A stretch of DNA of 64,000 nucleotides from Camelus dromedarius (Eukaryota), in assembly GCF_036321535.1 (NCBI RefSeq), contig NC_087437.1, positions 96,784,001 to 96,848,000 of the forward strand, in the 5' to 3' direction. The notes under the pieces are model-generated. The model ran no database searches, was not told the origin of the DNA, and worked only from the letters and a program-made list of their open reading frames with translations. The position numbers and the translations under genes are program-made. Shown one piece after another: positions 36,936 to 51,909 of the stretch (positions are counted from its first letter, which is position 1; each line of letters opens with the position of its first letter).

Positions 36936-39834
36936 TCTGTGTATATATTTTAATATATGTATTACTATATACCAGGTTTTAAAAAATGTATAATAATCAT
37001 TATTAACGGATGAATTTGATGAATTGTCAGCTGGGTACACAGTGTGTCTGTGTAGCTAAATAACCTAATAAATTAAGAGTTTCTTTTGAAATCTCTATTG
37101 CCTTAACAGTATCTTTTGTTAAAATTATATTTAGTGAAATATATGTAGATTTGCCCAATACGTACACATATTGCATTGAATTATGTGTAGGTAATAGACT
37201 CTATCTTTATATGATTATAAAATACACATAAATATTTAAATCAAATTGTATAATTTTATGCAAATACATTATCAAAGGTAAATGTTTATTCCCAGTATCA
37301 AGATTTTATTCCCCACAAGAAAAAAACCTTCCAAGGCAAAAATGAGCTATTTATGCTGTTTTTGACATGAGAATTACTGGTAGGTCTTGTAACAGCTCTT
37401 TATAATTATCTGTGAACTATGATAATAAACAAGGCACCGTTATGCATGTTTTTAAAATCTCATATAATCTCATCACATACGCACTCTGAATTTAAAGAAG
37501 CAGTTCATTTTCTGCCTGACTGCTGTAACAAATGCCAGCCGTGGAGAGGAAAAAAAATCACTCGATTTTATTGGTAGCTATCAATCATTCTGTATACTTG
37601 TCTTCAAAACTATGACTTGATGAGAAAAATAAAGCTATTAAGAGTTGAAAAATTGAGTTAACTCTAGGATCTAAATTTGGGAGATGTGAGCACCAGGTTT
37701 TTACTGCATTGATACTGACAGATATTTCCGTGAGAGCCTGAGGACAACATTCTGTTTTTTTCTGAGCTCATAAATGACGGCTGAATAAAGATTCTAAACA
37801 AGAAGCATGTAGAACACCCATGGCAATTTGTGTTTAGAATTTAAAGAAAGATTCCCAGGTTGTATCTGGGGTTTTACATATGAATTATAATTTTCAGCAA
37901 TGGTAGTATGCTGGTAGAAAGGATAACAGATACAGTTTTTAATTAGGCAACCCTTAGTTCGAGCCAGGACAGGGAAAATACACTGAAATAGCAATCTCGA
38001 AATACGGGTTTGGGTCACGGCTCCTCTTCTAGGTTGGTTGTGGCCCTTCTGTGCTTTTGGAGTAAGGTAGGATTTTATTATTTGGACTAGTGAGAATCAA
38101 TTCTACTATTCTCAAGATAATCTGAGACTTGAAAACGTACATGTTAAAAATGCATATTATATCTTCAAGTGTCAGATTATGAAACTCTCCCTAACTACAC
38201 TAGTCTTACCTGACATTCTTCTAGTCCTTATCTTTCATGTCCCCCAATATGTGGCTTCTTACCCTTTCTCTTCTCATTACCCTCACTTTATTCCAAATAT
38301 AATGCCTTTCTTTTCCAGCGTGTAGGACCTGTGATGGAACAACTAAAAAGCAAAGAGGGAAATCAAAGCTCCCAGCTCTGTTGTCCTGCATAGCAGCTGG
38401 GGTGCAACATTGGTCTTCTCAATACATTCCTACTCCATTTATCTCACCCAAATCCTTGCAAAGTATTGTCTAGGATAACCTGAAAGTAAATAAAACTCTG
38501 AAATTTAATCTTTTCCCAGTGATATTTATGTTAAAAAAGGCTTGGTGGTAGCTTGCATGTTTCTAAGATAATATTTTTCATTACTTGCAGAAGCAATGTT
38601 TCAAAACTCTCAAAGAATGAGTTTAGAAGAAAAGGTAAAGAGGTATAAAGGATAATTGCTACCAGAGTTAGTCATGGGCAAGAGAAGCATGAGGCAGAAA
38701 TGACAGGTAGTGGCAGAAGAAATTCAGTCACAAACTCACACTGAGCAAAGATAATGTTCTGAGGATACAAAACATGAGATTTTCTCTGCCCTTGAAGGCT
38801 CACACTCATGGGATAAATGCAGACAGAAGAACAGGCATATCAAAGATTCAGGACCAAACTAAGATGCATCCTTAGACTAAAAAGACTACAGGCTCCTGCT
38901 TTTAAGTCCTAGACCCTCTGAGCAAAGGGATGGAGAACTGTCACGCTCACATGCCAGCAGGTGGAGGCAGTGAGAAAGGAGTAGACTTGCCCAGTTCCAT
39001 GACTAAAGAGAGGAGATTGGTACCCAACTGCGGGGAAAAAAACCCAACAATCTTTTATATAATCATTATTTTGACAGATTTTAATTCTAAAATCTTACTA
39101 AGAAAGTGAAACGTCTCAATCATATCTTGGTTAAATAAGTTTTGTCAGCTTACCTTTAAATGTAATTGCTATATTTAATAATATTACTATGAGAAAATGC
39201 ATCAGAACAAATTTGAAGAATTGCTTTTTCCGTAGCCCACACATTTTGTTGTAGTCTCTATATGACGAATAATTTCTATAATTCCATTATTGAATCATGA
39301 GCTTGCCCTGGCATACATATGCATGAGTCTTAAAGGATAAAATAAAATTTTTCCAGCAAATTTATTTAAATATGAATCCTTTAAAAACCTAAAATATAAT
39401 CTAAATACCTCCTTATCCATATAAATTATCCTGTGTTATGGGGAGAAAGATGAATTTTATGGGTATTCTTAGATGCCTGTGGTGGGAGGGAGAAGGGAAG
39501 AGGAATAAAAAGTTAAGTGTTGAGCCAAACTAAATAGAAAACAAGAAAAAAGAAAAAACAACTAAAAACTTACATGTGGCCAAATGTATAAATAAAAATG
39601 AACTACATTTGTGAACATATTTCTTACAAAATTAAATTGTATTAAAAATAGCTTAAAAGAAGCCGAGTTCTATTTCTCAAGCATCTGGATAAAAGAATAA
39701 AAAGAATAATGAACAAATCTCTTCTTAGGACTTAAAATTATCTTTTTTTATTTAGAATGCATCTGGAATAAATATTTGTGGCATAGCTATCATATCCCCT
39801 GCATCATATTTAAATTTAAAAACTACTTTTTTTG

Positions 39835-40065
39835 TTAAAAGATATATATGGAGTGTCTACTGTGAGCCCGGGATTTAAAATGGAACAAAAATATTTCAAA
39901 ATCCTTGCCCTTGTGAAGCTTTTATTCCAGTGGTAGGGAAGGAACATAAACAAAAATAAAAAAGTAAATATATAATAGGTTATTTGTGGATATATTCCAT
40001 AGACAAAAATAAATTAGGGAAAGTGATAGAGAATACTGGGAGTATTGCAATTTAATACAGGCTGA
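39835..40065 (-). mobile_element. L2a 3' fragment
   Basis: 'gagtgtctactgtgagcc...aaaatccttgcccttgtgaagcttttattccagtgg'. Confidence 0.7.
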
Positions 40066-43000
40066 AAATGGCAAAATACATATTAACTCTTGTTTTAGGG
40101 ACTGGTATCATTAGCTTGTTGCTCCCGGGCAAGTCGAATTAACTCAGGATCTCATTGCAATGAGATGTTTCCCTCGAGTGTATCTTATTTATGTTTGGAC
40201 TCTGTTTTATTCAGTATTTAATTTATTCCTAAGCAATAATTTGGCTCAGACTATTCAGCTTCAACAACACAAGACTGTGAATGTGTTTTTCTCCTTCATT
40301 CTATTTTCCTTTAAGAGTAACTGTGAACAGAGCTGCTGTAAAACACCAGATGGGAAGGAAATAGTTCGCCACCATCTTTTCTTCATCTGTGCACTGCTGT
40401 GGCACTCAGTTTCTCATTGCACACAGTAACTCGAACATTCCAGGTCTCAGATGTGGTCACGTGTATCCTCTGCTGACTACTACAGATCTGCCTTCTAATG
40501 AACCACAGGAATGTTTATTTCTTAATAATCAACAGCAGCTTCTCCTGTAACGTTTCATTTTTGTTTTTACATATAGGCCAGCAGCTCTGGTCCCAAATTT
40601 TAGCCTTTGCTGAAGGCTGCTTTCCCTATGGGAGTTTTAAAATCAGTACATTAAGTTAATTGTTTCTAACTTTTGTCAAGGACTGTTGGGGGAAAAAAAC
40701 CAAAAAAACAAAAAAACAACCCCCAGAGTCTTGCGAAAATATGACAATCCAGGATCAATTCATATTGATAATACTTTCAATGATTTGGCTCAACTTCTTT
40801 TTATGCACGTTGTCACATTATGACACGACCTTAAGTGATACACCTTCTAGTGAATTGTGATAGAAGGGTCTTCTCCAACAAATCTAAGCTCAGAGTCTAA
40901 TTGAAACTTACTCAGGCAAACTTTGGGAGAAGAGTCCACTTCCATTCTATGAAGGAGGGTCATGAAATCTGCCATTAGTATGGTTCCAGAGGAATAAACC
41001 TTCCCCTTATGCTTCAAAAATACTAAGGGGTGCAAAATACATACTAATGAGTATAATTATTAATCATTAATACCATCTAATTATAAATAATTTGAGTATG
41101 TGACTATGCAGTAACACGATAACAAAATTATCTACACCTCAGAAAAAGGAAGAGACTGCAAACTTTGACAGTGGGGGTTTTGTCTAAGAAATTCCCTTTG
41201 AACATTGCCTTATGCTTAAGGAGGTGTTCAATAAATGTTTGATTAAGAAATGAAGAAATGGTACCTGTCCATGTGAAATAAACCTATGTAGATGTCAAGG
41301 TCATACCCTTGTAAATTAAAGGATGATCGTTTTCTATGGAAAGAAAATGGCTTTCAAAGAAACCGACCAATTTAGAAAGCATAATTTTAAAATGTTAGTG
41401 CTACATAGCAAGATCTTCATCAAATGTTTGTGATATAGAACACAAGTCTATGAGAATTTAATTTTCAGATCTTAAGCAGGAGGCATTAAAACCCAAATAC
41501 CTTTTTTTTACTTTAGTTATTATACTATGGTGCTTTCTTCTTTTACTTAATATACACCTCCACACAAATGATTGTGCACGCTTTTGACATAGGAACTGGA
41601 TTAGGTTTTTGCTTTTTAAAGTACCCTATTTTTTTAATGTAACAATTGAGGGGAAAAAATTGTGAACAGACTTTTTAATGCCAGATCAACAGTTCTATCA
41701 AAACTTTTCCCTCCCTCTTTGAAAAAATCTGGTTGTTTTTTTATAGTGCTACACTAGATTGCTTATTAAAAAAAGAGATACTCTTTTAAGAAAAGGAGAG
41801 GAACGGTTGCATACATCCTGCATCTGGCACTGTGATTTTGGAAACACATGGACCGGGTGTCCAATTACTCTTTCTCCACTTCTTAGGGTTATCACACGAT
41901 CCATTCTTCTCTCCTGACAAACACATGGAAGGCAGGGCTCTGTTCTTGAATGTCCACTGTTCCTGGCTTGGAATCCATCCCTCTCACTCATAATTGGAAT
42001 GTAATAAATACCAGCTAGAAATGCTGTATTTTTCCTTTCTATACTGTATATGATGGAGCATATTTTTCTCAGAAATACTTACATTACTAAAGACCTTAGG
42101 ATGACCCTAAATATACAGAGAAATTTAAATTAATGTAATAATGATTCTTCCACCACCATACATACTGCTGGAAGAAAATTTGCTATTCTCAAACAAATGT
42201 AAAAACAATAACTGAATTGATTAAGGCTAGATAAATTTCTCCTAAAACTGAATTTTGGGTGGAGGGAGAGGGTCTGTTGACATGTACATATATTTCTGTT
42301 TAAACTTAAATTGGGAATTGTTAATGTTCACTATTAAAAATGACAAAACAAGATTATGAATAACAAATGTAGGATCTTAGTGTGTAAACCATTATTTCAC
42401 AATGTTTGTTGAGAATGTAGCAAATTGACGTACATGTATACATATGTGTGTGTGTGTATATATATAATGAATTTAACTTTATATGTATTAAATTTCTGCT
42501 AAATATTACCTATAAACTCTATGCATCTTCTTAAGTATAGGTGCTTTACAATTATAATTTAATACTTATTTTAGATGAATTTTTGAATCGGATTTATAGG
42601 TATTGTTCATTTGTCTTAATTTACAAGAAGACTTATTTAATTATGTTAAATGTATAAAGGCAGTTCAAATTGTAAAAGAACACTTTTCAAATATGGCTTT
42701 TATATAATAAGACATACATGTAATTGTCATAATATATATTTATTTTACAGAAGTCTTCTATCTTTTGTTCTCTCCCTGAGATATAATAATTTAAATGATA
42801 AAGTACATCAGAGTTTCAGCAGTATGTAATATCTGCTATCGTTAATTTCATGGAAGAAATGAAGCAGCCCTCATGTCCTCATTGAGAGACAGTGCACACA
42901 TTTCTACTCAGACCCTTTAGTGATAAGGAAGCTGCCACACCATCAGGGGTGTGCTGATGTGAAAACATATCTCAGAAGCCCTGGTACAATAATGAACATA

Positions 43001-46000
43001 TAAAAAGGACACTGAAAATTTTTATAAATGGTGAGCCAGTTCTGAGCAGTTTTCTGGTGTTGTTTATCATCAACTATTTAATTAACTGTAGGTAAAATAT
43101 GGGACAACACAGTGTCAATATTGGATTCCTCCATTGGGACATCCCACTGATGACAGAACTTCCATGTTAATTATTTACTAATTTATTAGCAACATATAAA
43201 CTGTATATTTCAAATCCAACTCTAAAAAATTAAAAAAATGGAGGCTACTCTGCCTTTGAAAAACTATTATTTTAACCAGGACATGCATTCACAAAGGGAA
43301 AGATACACAGTGATAGTGTCGATTTGATCTTCAGGACCCTCAAACTCTAACTGATACTTTTATTCTCCTGGCACTTACCTCTTCAGAATCAAGTCATGCA
43401 GGTGGGTGCACTGTGTCTGCACTTTGGACGGATGTCTGCGGTTTGGAGCAGGGCATGATTTTTCTATGCGGTTTGTACTGATGTCAGTATCATACCCTCT
43501 GACTTGCTTTTTCAAGATGAGCCTCCTGTGCCTTAGACATTTTCATGGGTAAACTTTCCAGGCCTCATACAAGTCATCAGAAAAATGCACTGGGATGTTC
43601 CAAAGTTTTACAAAATTGCTGAAACTGTCTTTGAAGTAAGTTAAAGCCAGCATTTTTGTGAAGGCAGCTGTTTCCTGATGTTGTTATGCAGTTACACAAG
43701 AATATAATTAGCATTTGTAATGTGTATCTAAATTTCAATCCTATTCCAACAACTGATAGATCTGTCATAAATATGAAGTGAAAATGAAAATTGCTTTGCA
43801 TATGGTTTATGTACCACATGCAAACTAGGTACTCAGATTTCGGACACTTAAATCCATCTTATTTTTAGATCCATCCCTAACTAAAAGATCTGAAAAGACT
43901 CTGGGGGTAGAATGCTTAGTTTTCACAGATAGTGGTGACAGCTGTCCACACTGTGGACTAAGTCCTGCCTAAGTGTAATATAGCACCCCTGCCTCACTTA
44001 TCAATGATATAGTGATTTACAGCAAGAGGTCAAGATTTGATTTCTACATATTTCAAAATCTAGAACTTAAGAAATAATATTTTTAAAGAACCCAGAAATT
44101 CCCTAAAAGTTTAAAAATTTTCCCAAATATTCTCAGTATTTATCATCAATGAAGATATGGTAAATTCCTAGTCAACACTACCAGACTAAGAAATTTTTAT
44201 CAAGTAAGTTATATAAAATCATAATTTCAACACTTTAATTTTAATTCATGGACCTCAAAATTCTAATTACTAATTTTATCAACAGAATAGGACTTATTCT
44301 AGGATTTCAGAATTGAAGATAAAAGTATTTAAATGCATGAAGGAGCATCATCACCTATATCAAATCTATTCACCCAAAAGCATTTATCTGAAATATAAAA
44401 ATATCTGTTATTATTTGTCTTATTAATATTAGTATATTCTTTGTGATTAAAGCAGAAGTTAGCCGATCAGTGTACCCTTACAACTCCAAAAACAAAAACT
44501 TCTGAAATTCAAAAATCAAGGTAGTAAAATAAAGAACTCAAAGATTGAGGCTACTTTTACTGATCTGAAAAGATCATTTGTTCAGTGTTGCTGGAAGATA
44601 CAGTAGTTTAACTCTTCACATGTAAAGATAGACAATATTAAATGATGTAACAGAATTCTCTAATGGAAACATTGATGTTTTACCCTCAAATATTGACAGC
44701 ATACATGATGTTTATAGTAAGGAATAATAGGTTCGATGTAGGTGAAAGGTTAGGAATGGACCTTTCTGTCTTCTAGAGATAGGAGAGGCAGTCCACTCTC
44801 TAAATACACCATATTGGCAGTGACATTGCAATTAAGCACTGACCTCCTTGGGGCAGGGGGCGGGGGTCACGTACAGGATTCCAGCCAGAGGTGAGGCTTC
44901 CCCTATGTGGTTGTGATGGATTAGAAGGCAACTCAAGCTGTCCTAGGAGCAAAAGGAAAGATACCTACTGTTCCCAAGTGGAAAAGTTCAAGTGAGCAAG
45001 AAGGACAGTTTTGCAAAATTGAGAAACACATGGAATTCTGGGGAGAATTCCAGCTGCCAAAATGAAGTCACTTAAGTCTTACTCCAAATCAGAAAATAAC
45101 CCTAAAACAACCAAACTCGAGTAAATGAAAATTCTTCTTAAACAGGAACATAAAACGTTTTCTTAAATGCCCAATGATGTAATCACCTTTTGAAGTTATT
45201 TTAGCTATTCTGTTTAATATTGCAGACTCCCAAGAACTTAGCTTTGTTACTTAAAAACCCAAAGGAGAGTGATTTTTCCTTTTCTGAAGAGTTTTACTAC
45301 TGTTCTCAAAGCTGTTTTTAAAACATTATTATTATATAAGCATGTATCTGGTCTTAGATAGCTTCACTGAAAAATCAGTTAAAAAATTATCTAGTACTGT
45401 CCTATAAAAATATATGCTCTGATAAAGGCTACTGAATAATGAATGTATTATAATTCAATTTTAATAGTTGTAAATACAATAGAAATATATGTTTTTGATA
45501 CTAAATGTGTAATGCTCTAGCCTCTGAACTATCACAGATTTCAAATTGTTTAAAAATGTTTCATGATTTTGATAGGGAAAATATCAAGTGGATGTGTTTC
45601 ATACTACCAGTAGCACATGTTTATTGTGCTTAAGGGACTTTGGTGAATTATTTTTTATGTTTACTTTTTAAAATCAAATAGTATTAGGGCCAACACATCA
45701 GGAACTTTAATTGCTCACCAAGATACTTCAAAACAGTACAGATGAAAGAGAAGGAAGATAAAAATGACAATGATGTGTAGGAAACAGAAAAAAAAAAAAG
45801 AATAAACAATAAAAGATATTTTTCCACGGCAGGAATACTGCAATTTGGAGGTAAAAGTCTATTTTTTGCTTTTATAGTTTTAATTTTTACTAACATGCTC
45901 ATTATGGAAAGAATTAACACTGTTTCTAAATATGGCTCTAAAAGGATAAAAACCAAAATTAAGTAGAAGAAAATAATCCCAATTCTTCCATACAAATGCA

Positions 46001-47269
46001 ATTCCATTTATTTTGGTTGAACTGAAAAAACTGGGTTTCTCTTGAGTTAATACACTTGCATTAAGTGAACTCTGTCAAATGATTCAGGAAAAAAAAAAAA
46101 AGACTTGGGTTGAATGAGTATGTTTTCTCCAGAAATTGTAACTCTGAAGTATTGTGAAAATAAGTTTTTATGTCTCTGAGCAAGATTCAAATCAACTAGA
46201 AGAAACTTTTTAGTTAGTAAGCAATTCAGAAGGCTAAAACTATTCAAATGGGAACTAGCTATGATAATTTACTATGACTTCTTGTGCAGAAATCATAAAA
46301 TATTTCATTCTCAGCAATCTCTTTCATAAGACAGCACTACCAATGGCAGGCAAAACATACTAAATAGATCTGTTTTCCAAGATACCATACATCATTCTTT
46401 AATTGAAATAAAGTTATATAAAATAATTGGAGATTATTTTACCTACAAAAACACATCAAAGCAGTGACATTCTTATATATTTTGACATACCAATCCAAAT
46501 CACTAAGATATACTAAATCATAGACATTTGTGATTTAAACAGGTACTTCTCAGTTTCAGTAGACAACAGCCTGTTTGTTCTATAGCAATATCAGTATGCT
46601 GGATAATTCAGTTATTACATTTTTGATCCACAAAGATGAAATTTTGAAATATCAAAACATGCCAAAATCATGTTTGTATACCAAAAGCCAAATGGGATCT
46701 GAAATGCATTGAATTAATAAGTTGTAATGCAAGTTATGGTAGTAAGTTTAGTGAAGGAGGAGAAAGGGATTTTTTTCTTGAGAGATAATGGATACTGTTG
46801 CCTAAACAAAAGTACGGACCATGACTTCCGAAAGAGAAACCACTGCTCAAGGCAATTCTTTACTAATCCTTATTGAGAAATTGAACATTTTTCATATCAA
46901 TTAGACAGAACTTTTTAACAATGTATAGGCTTATATATTGGGAAATTACTTATTTTTTGCTTATAAAAAGAAAAATGAACTAGTTGAAATAGTTCAGGAT
47001 GAAACAATCAGTATGTTCAATTAGACATTATTATGATTTTGTGGGATTTCTTCTTTCCTATTCCTAGAGTTGCCCCTGACCATTCTGTTCCTTTTAAATG
47101 ATATAGTAATGAATTAAATGAGTCCATGCATGCAAGCATCTGGTCAAAGTGTGAGGGAATAAAAATAATAATAATAATAATAATATTGTAAAAATAACTC
47201 AAAGGATATTGTTTATTATATATTTTCAAAAAGGCAGCCAAATTTTTAATTTCAGTTAATTAATAAAAC

Positions 47270-47905
47270 TGTCATATCCCCAGGGATGGGATAGAATCCA
47301 GTGTATCAGTTGGAGAAGTTGTTCTTAGGCAGAAGCCAGAATAGTTGCCTTTTGAGGTAGGAGGTTGGTCACAGTATACAGGTAAAGGGGAAGGTAGGTT
47401 GAAGAGCTGTTGGAATATGTGGAGATTCTCTTTAATAGCTTGTATATCCTCAATGAATTAACAAGCAAAATGATCAACTTAGAGAAGGAGGCGAGAAGAT
47501 GTCTTATAGGTTTGAGTATAGTGGAAAAGGCCTGAAGTATTCATCTTGCAAAGAGAGAAATAAATTGGCTAGAGAAATGAAGGAGGAGTTCCTGGCTCCA
47601 TTGGAGGTTATCAGCCATGAATCTAAAATAAATCAAGCCAGTCTAATTGTGTGTTTCTCTCCCACTATGCAGGCGAAGGGTAAGCGAAGAATTTAACAAG
47701 AGTTGTGTTTTTGCCAGATGAATAGGGCAGATGAAGGGAAACATGGCAACCCAGGAGAGGATGTACTTAAAAGAGTGATTATTATGTTGGACCAGGAAAT
47801 TTCACCCACATAAGGAGAGAACTGAAGGCAGTTTGGAATGTCAGACAACAAATTGGAAACCTATAAAAATGGAATTTTTGTTGGCATCTGGGCACTCAGA
47901 TAGGG
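47270..47905 (-). mobile_element. L2 internal (ORF2) fragment
   Basis: 'ggatagaatccagtgtatcagttggagaagttgttcttaggcag' and 'cttgtatatcctcaatgaattaacaagcaaaatgatcaactt' resemble antisense L2 ORF2. Confidence 0.6.
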
Positions 47906-48205
47906 TAAATACTATTATTATAACATTACCACTATTAAATAGAGTCACTGATTTTATTTCCATGTGTCAATATGCTGACTTTGAAATACTAAACATTTTC
48001 ACTGTATTTCATCAGCATATTCTTATAATGATATTTTTCATTTTGCTCCCCTTAGTTCCTAGTATAGGAAAGCTACTTTCCAGTTGTGCTGGTCCTTGAT
48101 TATCCTCTTCTGCGATTTTGTTAATATCTCAGATATTAGCTCTCCCAAACATTTCTTAATATCCATTTCTTTAAGATCCTAAACCCCAACAAGCTACACA
48201 TCTTA

Positions 48206-48231
48206 AAACAAACAAACAAACAAACAAACAA
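48206..48231. repeat. (AAAC)n microsatellite
   Basis: Directly visible. Confidence 0.9.
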
Positions 48232-49655
48232 AAAGCACCTATACTTCAAGTCTCTTACCCATGAGTTAGTTACATTGAACTCAAATGCTGAGACTAAAAA
48301 ATCAGCCTCACTGCCTACACTGGGCAACTGAGCCAGTCCAGTCTCAGCCAGAAACTTGGCTCAGTAAAGGGCTTCTCTCTATCATTGTAAATAGGAATCA
48401 GATTCTCAACACCTATCATCAGTCAAACCTTGGGGGCACAGCTATGATTTGGAGAAGGTCATAGGAAGCTGTGTAGGCCTGGCTCCAATAGAGGAGCCAC
48501 TGTGGCGTATAAACAGTGTGAAGAATGAATAAAAGCGATGAAGAAAATTTCTCAAAGTTCTGACCAAACAATCTGTCAACTTTTGAGGGGATTACAAGAT
48601 CCAGGAAAAATTGGCTTTTATGTTAAAGGTTATTAGTCCTCAACAGATAATATTTTCTGGAGGAAGCATGAACTAAAGAGGCTCCACAGAGATTAGAGGA
48701 TTTTAAACATTACACACATGTGAACATTCACACCAGAAAATGAGCCAATAAATCAGCTTCCTTGACTCTTAATGGAACTGATTAAAACTTGGAGTCCTCC
48801 AGTGGTATGAGATAATCAAAGGCTTTTTTTTAGAGTAATGTGTAGACAGTGATTTATAAACCCTAAAAAGTGCCATGTTGTACGGCAAACAAAACCTAGA
48901 TAACACAATTCTTCCCATATATTGCTTTAGTTATATTCCTGAAGGAGTATGCATATTAGTTTGGTTGAAGTTGTTATAAAAGTGTAACCAATTCATATTC
49001 ATATTTATTTTAATTGGATTCTCATACCCCTTTTCATATTAGAAAATCAGTATTAACTCTGGTTCTGCTGTTCACCCTCAAAATACTTAACAAAGTCACT
49101 TAAAAGGCTTCTTTTGGGAACTTATTATCCAGTAACCATACAATTTTGATCTGAATGCAGGTAAAGTTAACAAAATATCTTGAATTCCCTAATGTCAGAT
49201 GAATATAAATCTATAGTTACCAAAAATTTAGATACAGTTTGTTAGTACTCTCAACACTCAGGATTTGATCTAACCCTTAGGGAGTATAGTTTATCCCTTA
49301 AACCACTCACTGGTTCCATCTTATGCAGATAGTAATCAGAGTGGGGCTATGACAAGACTCAGCCTGAGATTACAGGTCTAATATGGCTTCCTGAGGTCTG
49401 ACAAATAAATGCACCCCACGGAAAGCACACACTTGAGTTTACCCATAATGTGACTGCAAAAGAATATCGGTGCTAGAATCCAGGTTTCATTGAATCAGAG
49501 TATCTCAGAAAAAAAATTTGGAGAGAACTCGGTTTATTGGTTTTAGTGGCAGAACAGGTTTTAATGCATAAATACTAGAGATTTCAATTTAACAAGCCAA
49601 GCTTCTTTGATTGAAGCGTGGAGAGAGTGGACAAGACAGAGGGTGAAGCTCATGC

Positions 49656-49680
49656 CACCACCACCACCACACCACCACCA
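49656..49680. repeat. Interrupted (CCA)n repeat
   Basis: Directly visible. Confidence 0.85.
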
Positions 49681-50158
49681 TGTACCACTGTGTTGCCTCT
49701 GACACACCCCCACTGCATCTTAGGGCTCAGCTGCGACTGCTTTGAAGAGAGGTTCTAACCTCTTATAAAATTTATTTTTAACTTAATTTATTCTATTTTA
49801 AACTCTTTATTACCTACAGGTGAGAACAAGTGGGCATGGCAGCTTAATGCACTTATTTAAAAACTGAGAAAACAAAGAAGCCACAAAGCCAGGGGATTCC
49901 CTAGGATCACCTGGCTAATTTTTAGATTGAAATCTAGTCCAGTGCTTTTCTTATTACATCAATCTTTAAAACAATGCTTCCCAAAGCAAAGGCAGAGCAA
50001 CCTCACTAGTCATCAAAAAGTGCACATTAAAAAATAAAATGTCATATCTTTCTTTTTAAATAGAGAATTTCAAAAGAGACACTACTGCTTAAAACCTGTC
50101 AACAAATACAGATGGTTACTCCATAAGAAAACCTTAGTACACCTTCCAAGATCAAGAT

Positions 50159-50346
50159 TAGCACTGCCCAATAAAACTTTCTATGGTCTTTCTGCTCTGT
50201 CCAATATGGTAGCTACTACCTGTACGTGGCTAAGAAACACTTCAAATGTGCTTCTTATGTATGACTGAGGAATGAAATATTTAATTTAGGTAATTTACAT
50301 TTAAGTAGCCACACCTGGCTAGGGGCCACCACATCAGACAGCCCAG
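50159..50346 (+). mobile_element. MER3 (hAT-Charlie) MITE
   Basis: agcactgcccaataaaactttct...ctgtccaatatggtagc...agccacacctggctaggggccaccacatcagacagc matches the MER3 layout. Confidence 0.85.
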
Positions 50347-50780
50347 ACCCAGTCCTTTCCTTCCTCTCTAGTTTCATCTTTCACCACACCCTCACTTACC
50401 ACTTTATGGCTTGGCCATATTACATTTCAGTTTTATGAATGCACCTGCTTTCTCCTGATTCCCAAACATTCTATTAGTATCACTCCCCAATTACTCACTT
50501 CCCTTTTACTTGCTAACTTCTATTCATCTTTTGTGTTCCATTAAATGAAGCTTTCCTTGAGAAGGCGTCCTAATTCTCTAACCCTCTTCTACATTAACCC
50601 TATATTGACAGTATCCACCTAAGGTAGACAACATTTAACCTATTCTAGTACAATTATATTTTTACCACCCCTTTCTACCTATGAGATTGTAGGTGTTTCT
50701 ATGGAAAAAAAAATGTGCTAGCCATAAGCACATGACTTATCACAAATATTTTGAACAAATTAATAAATGAACGAAGAAGT
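50347..50780 (+). mobile_element. L2 3' region
   Basis: Pyrimidine-rich L2 3' sequence ending aaatattttgaacaaattaataaatgaa. Confidence 0.6.
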
Positions 50781-50829
50781 GAATGTTGAAATGTCTACTT
50801 AAATGTACTAATTCTATTTTTAAAAGTTA

Positions 50830-51480
50830 GGCAGAGAAAATGGATGCAACATGGAGAACTACTGTCATCTCTCAAGCAGGGTAATGACAGGCTAACTGAA
50901 TTTCAGTCTAACAGTAGTATGATGAACTGAGTAGCTGGAATATTGTTTAGAAATCCATTCTAAGAGTCAGGTATGATGCAATGATGGTCTGGACTAGAGT
51001 CATCTAAGTGGTCATGGAAAAGAAGGTGTGTGTCTAAAAGACATGTTGAGAATTGGGTTGAACAGAGCTGGAAAGAAACTGAGTAATCAGAAACAATTAA
51101 ATGTGGCTTTCATAAGAAATAAAGAGAATAGTGATTAGAAGCCAAGGTATTACATTTGGGAGCTAAATACAACTTTGGATGATGCAAGATAAAGATGATG
51201 ATGGGCTAGAAAATTCAGAGGAATGTCAAAATATGAAAGGTTGGAGTGGTGAAGTTGTACAACGGTTGGTAATATACGACTGCTAAGAGTATAATGGAGC
51301 ACTCATGGTAAAAGTTGTAGATATTAGAGCCATATGATTGGGCTTTTCAGTGAAGGAAGAAGAAAATAAATTGAATAACCAAGTATTTAAATATATCCAA
51401 GTTAGGAGACCAAAGAGAGTGGAACTGCCAGTAGACTAGTTCTAAGTATACAAAAATCAAAAGACAAGAATTTTAAAGAG
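50830..51480 (-). mobile_element. Diverged L2 fragments
   Basis: 'aagcagggtaatgacagg','gatggtctggactagagt' resemble antisense L2. Confidence 0.4.
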
Positions 51481-51909
51481 ATGTGGCATAGTTAAAAGTA
51501 TTGACTTACCAACAGAAAGTGAATTGGAAAGAAATTAAAAGTGAAATTTGGATAGAAAAAGTCTGAGGGAGTATTCTTTGAGATAGTTTTTATTCTTTTG
51601 CCTTGCATAGAAGTGCAAAAAAGAAATACTGACATTCCATACTTCTCTGGCCAGAGGACTGCACTCTAGATATAAGACCATGAACTCAGAGACTGGGCTT
51701 AATATTCTTTATTGTGTTTGGGGCCAGGAAGTTTGGAGTTTTTTTGTTTGTTTTTGTTTTCTAAAGAGATGGGGGCTGCAGTCTGCTAAAAGTTTAACCC
51801 CTAAAACTTACTACAAATAATTTTGAAGTGTTTCTCATTGGTTTTCGAAAACTTTGACTGTTTCCTTAAAGGCGATCCATAAACTATGGGGACTATGTAA
51901 GACTTTTTT

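Noticed and set aside
44848..44875. GC-box (ggggcgggg) as a promoter
   Set aside because: Isolated motif with no CpG island or adjacent exon evidence.
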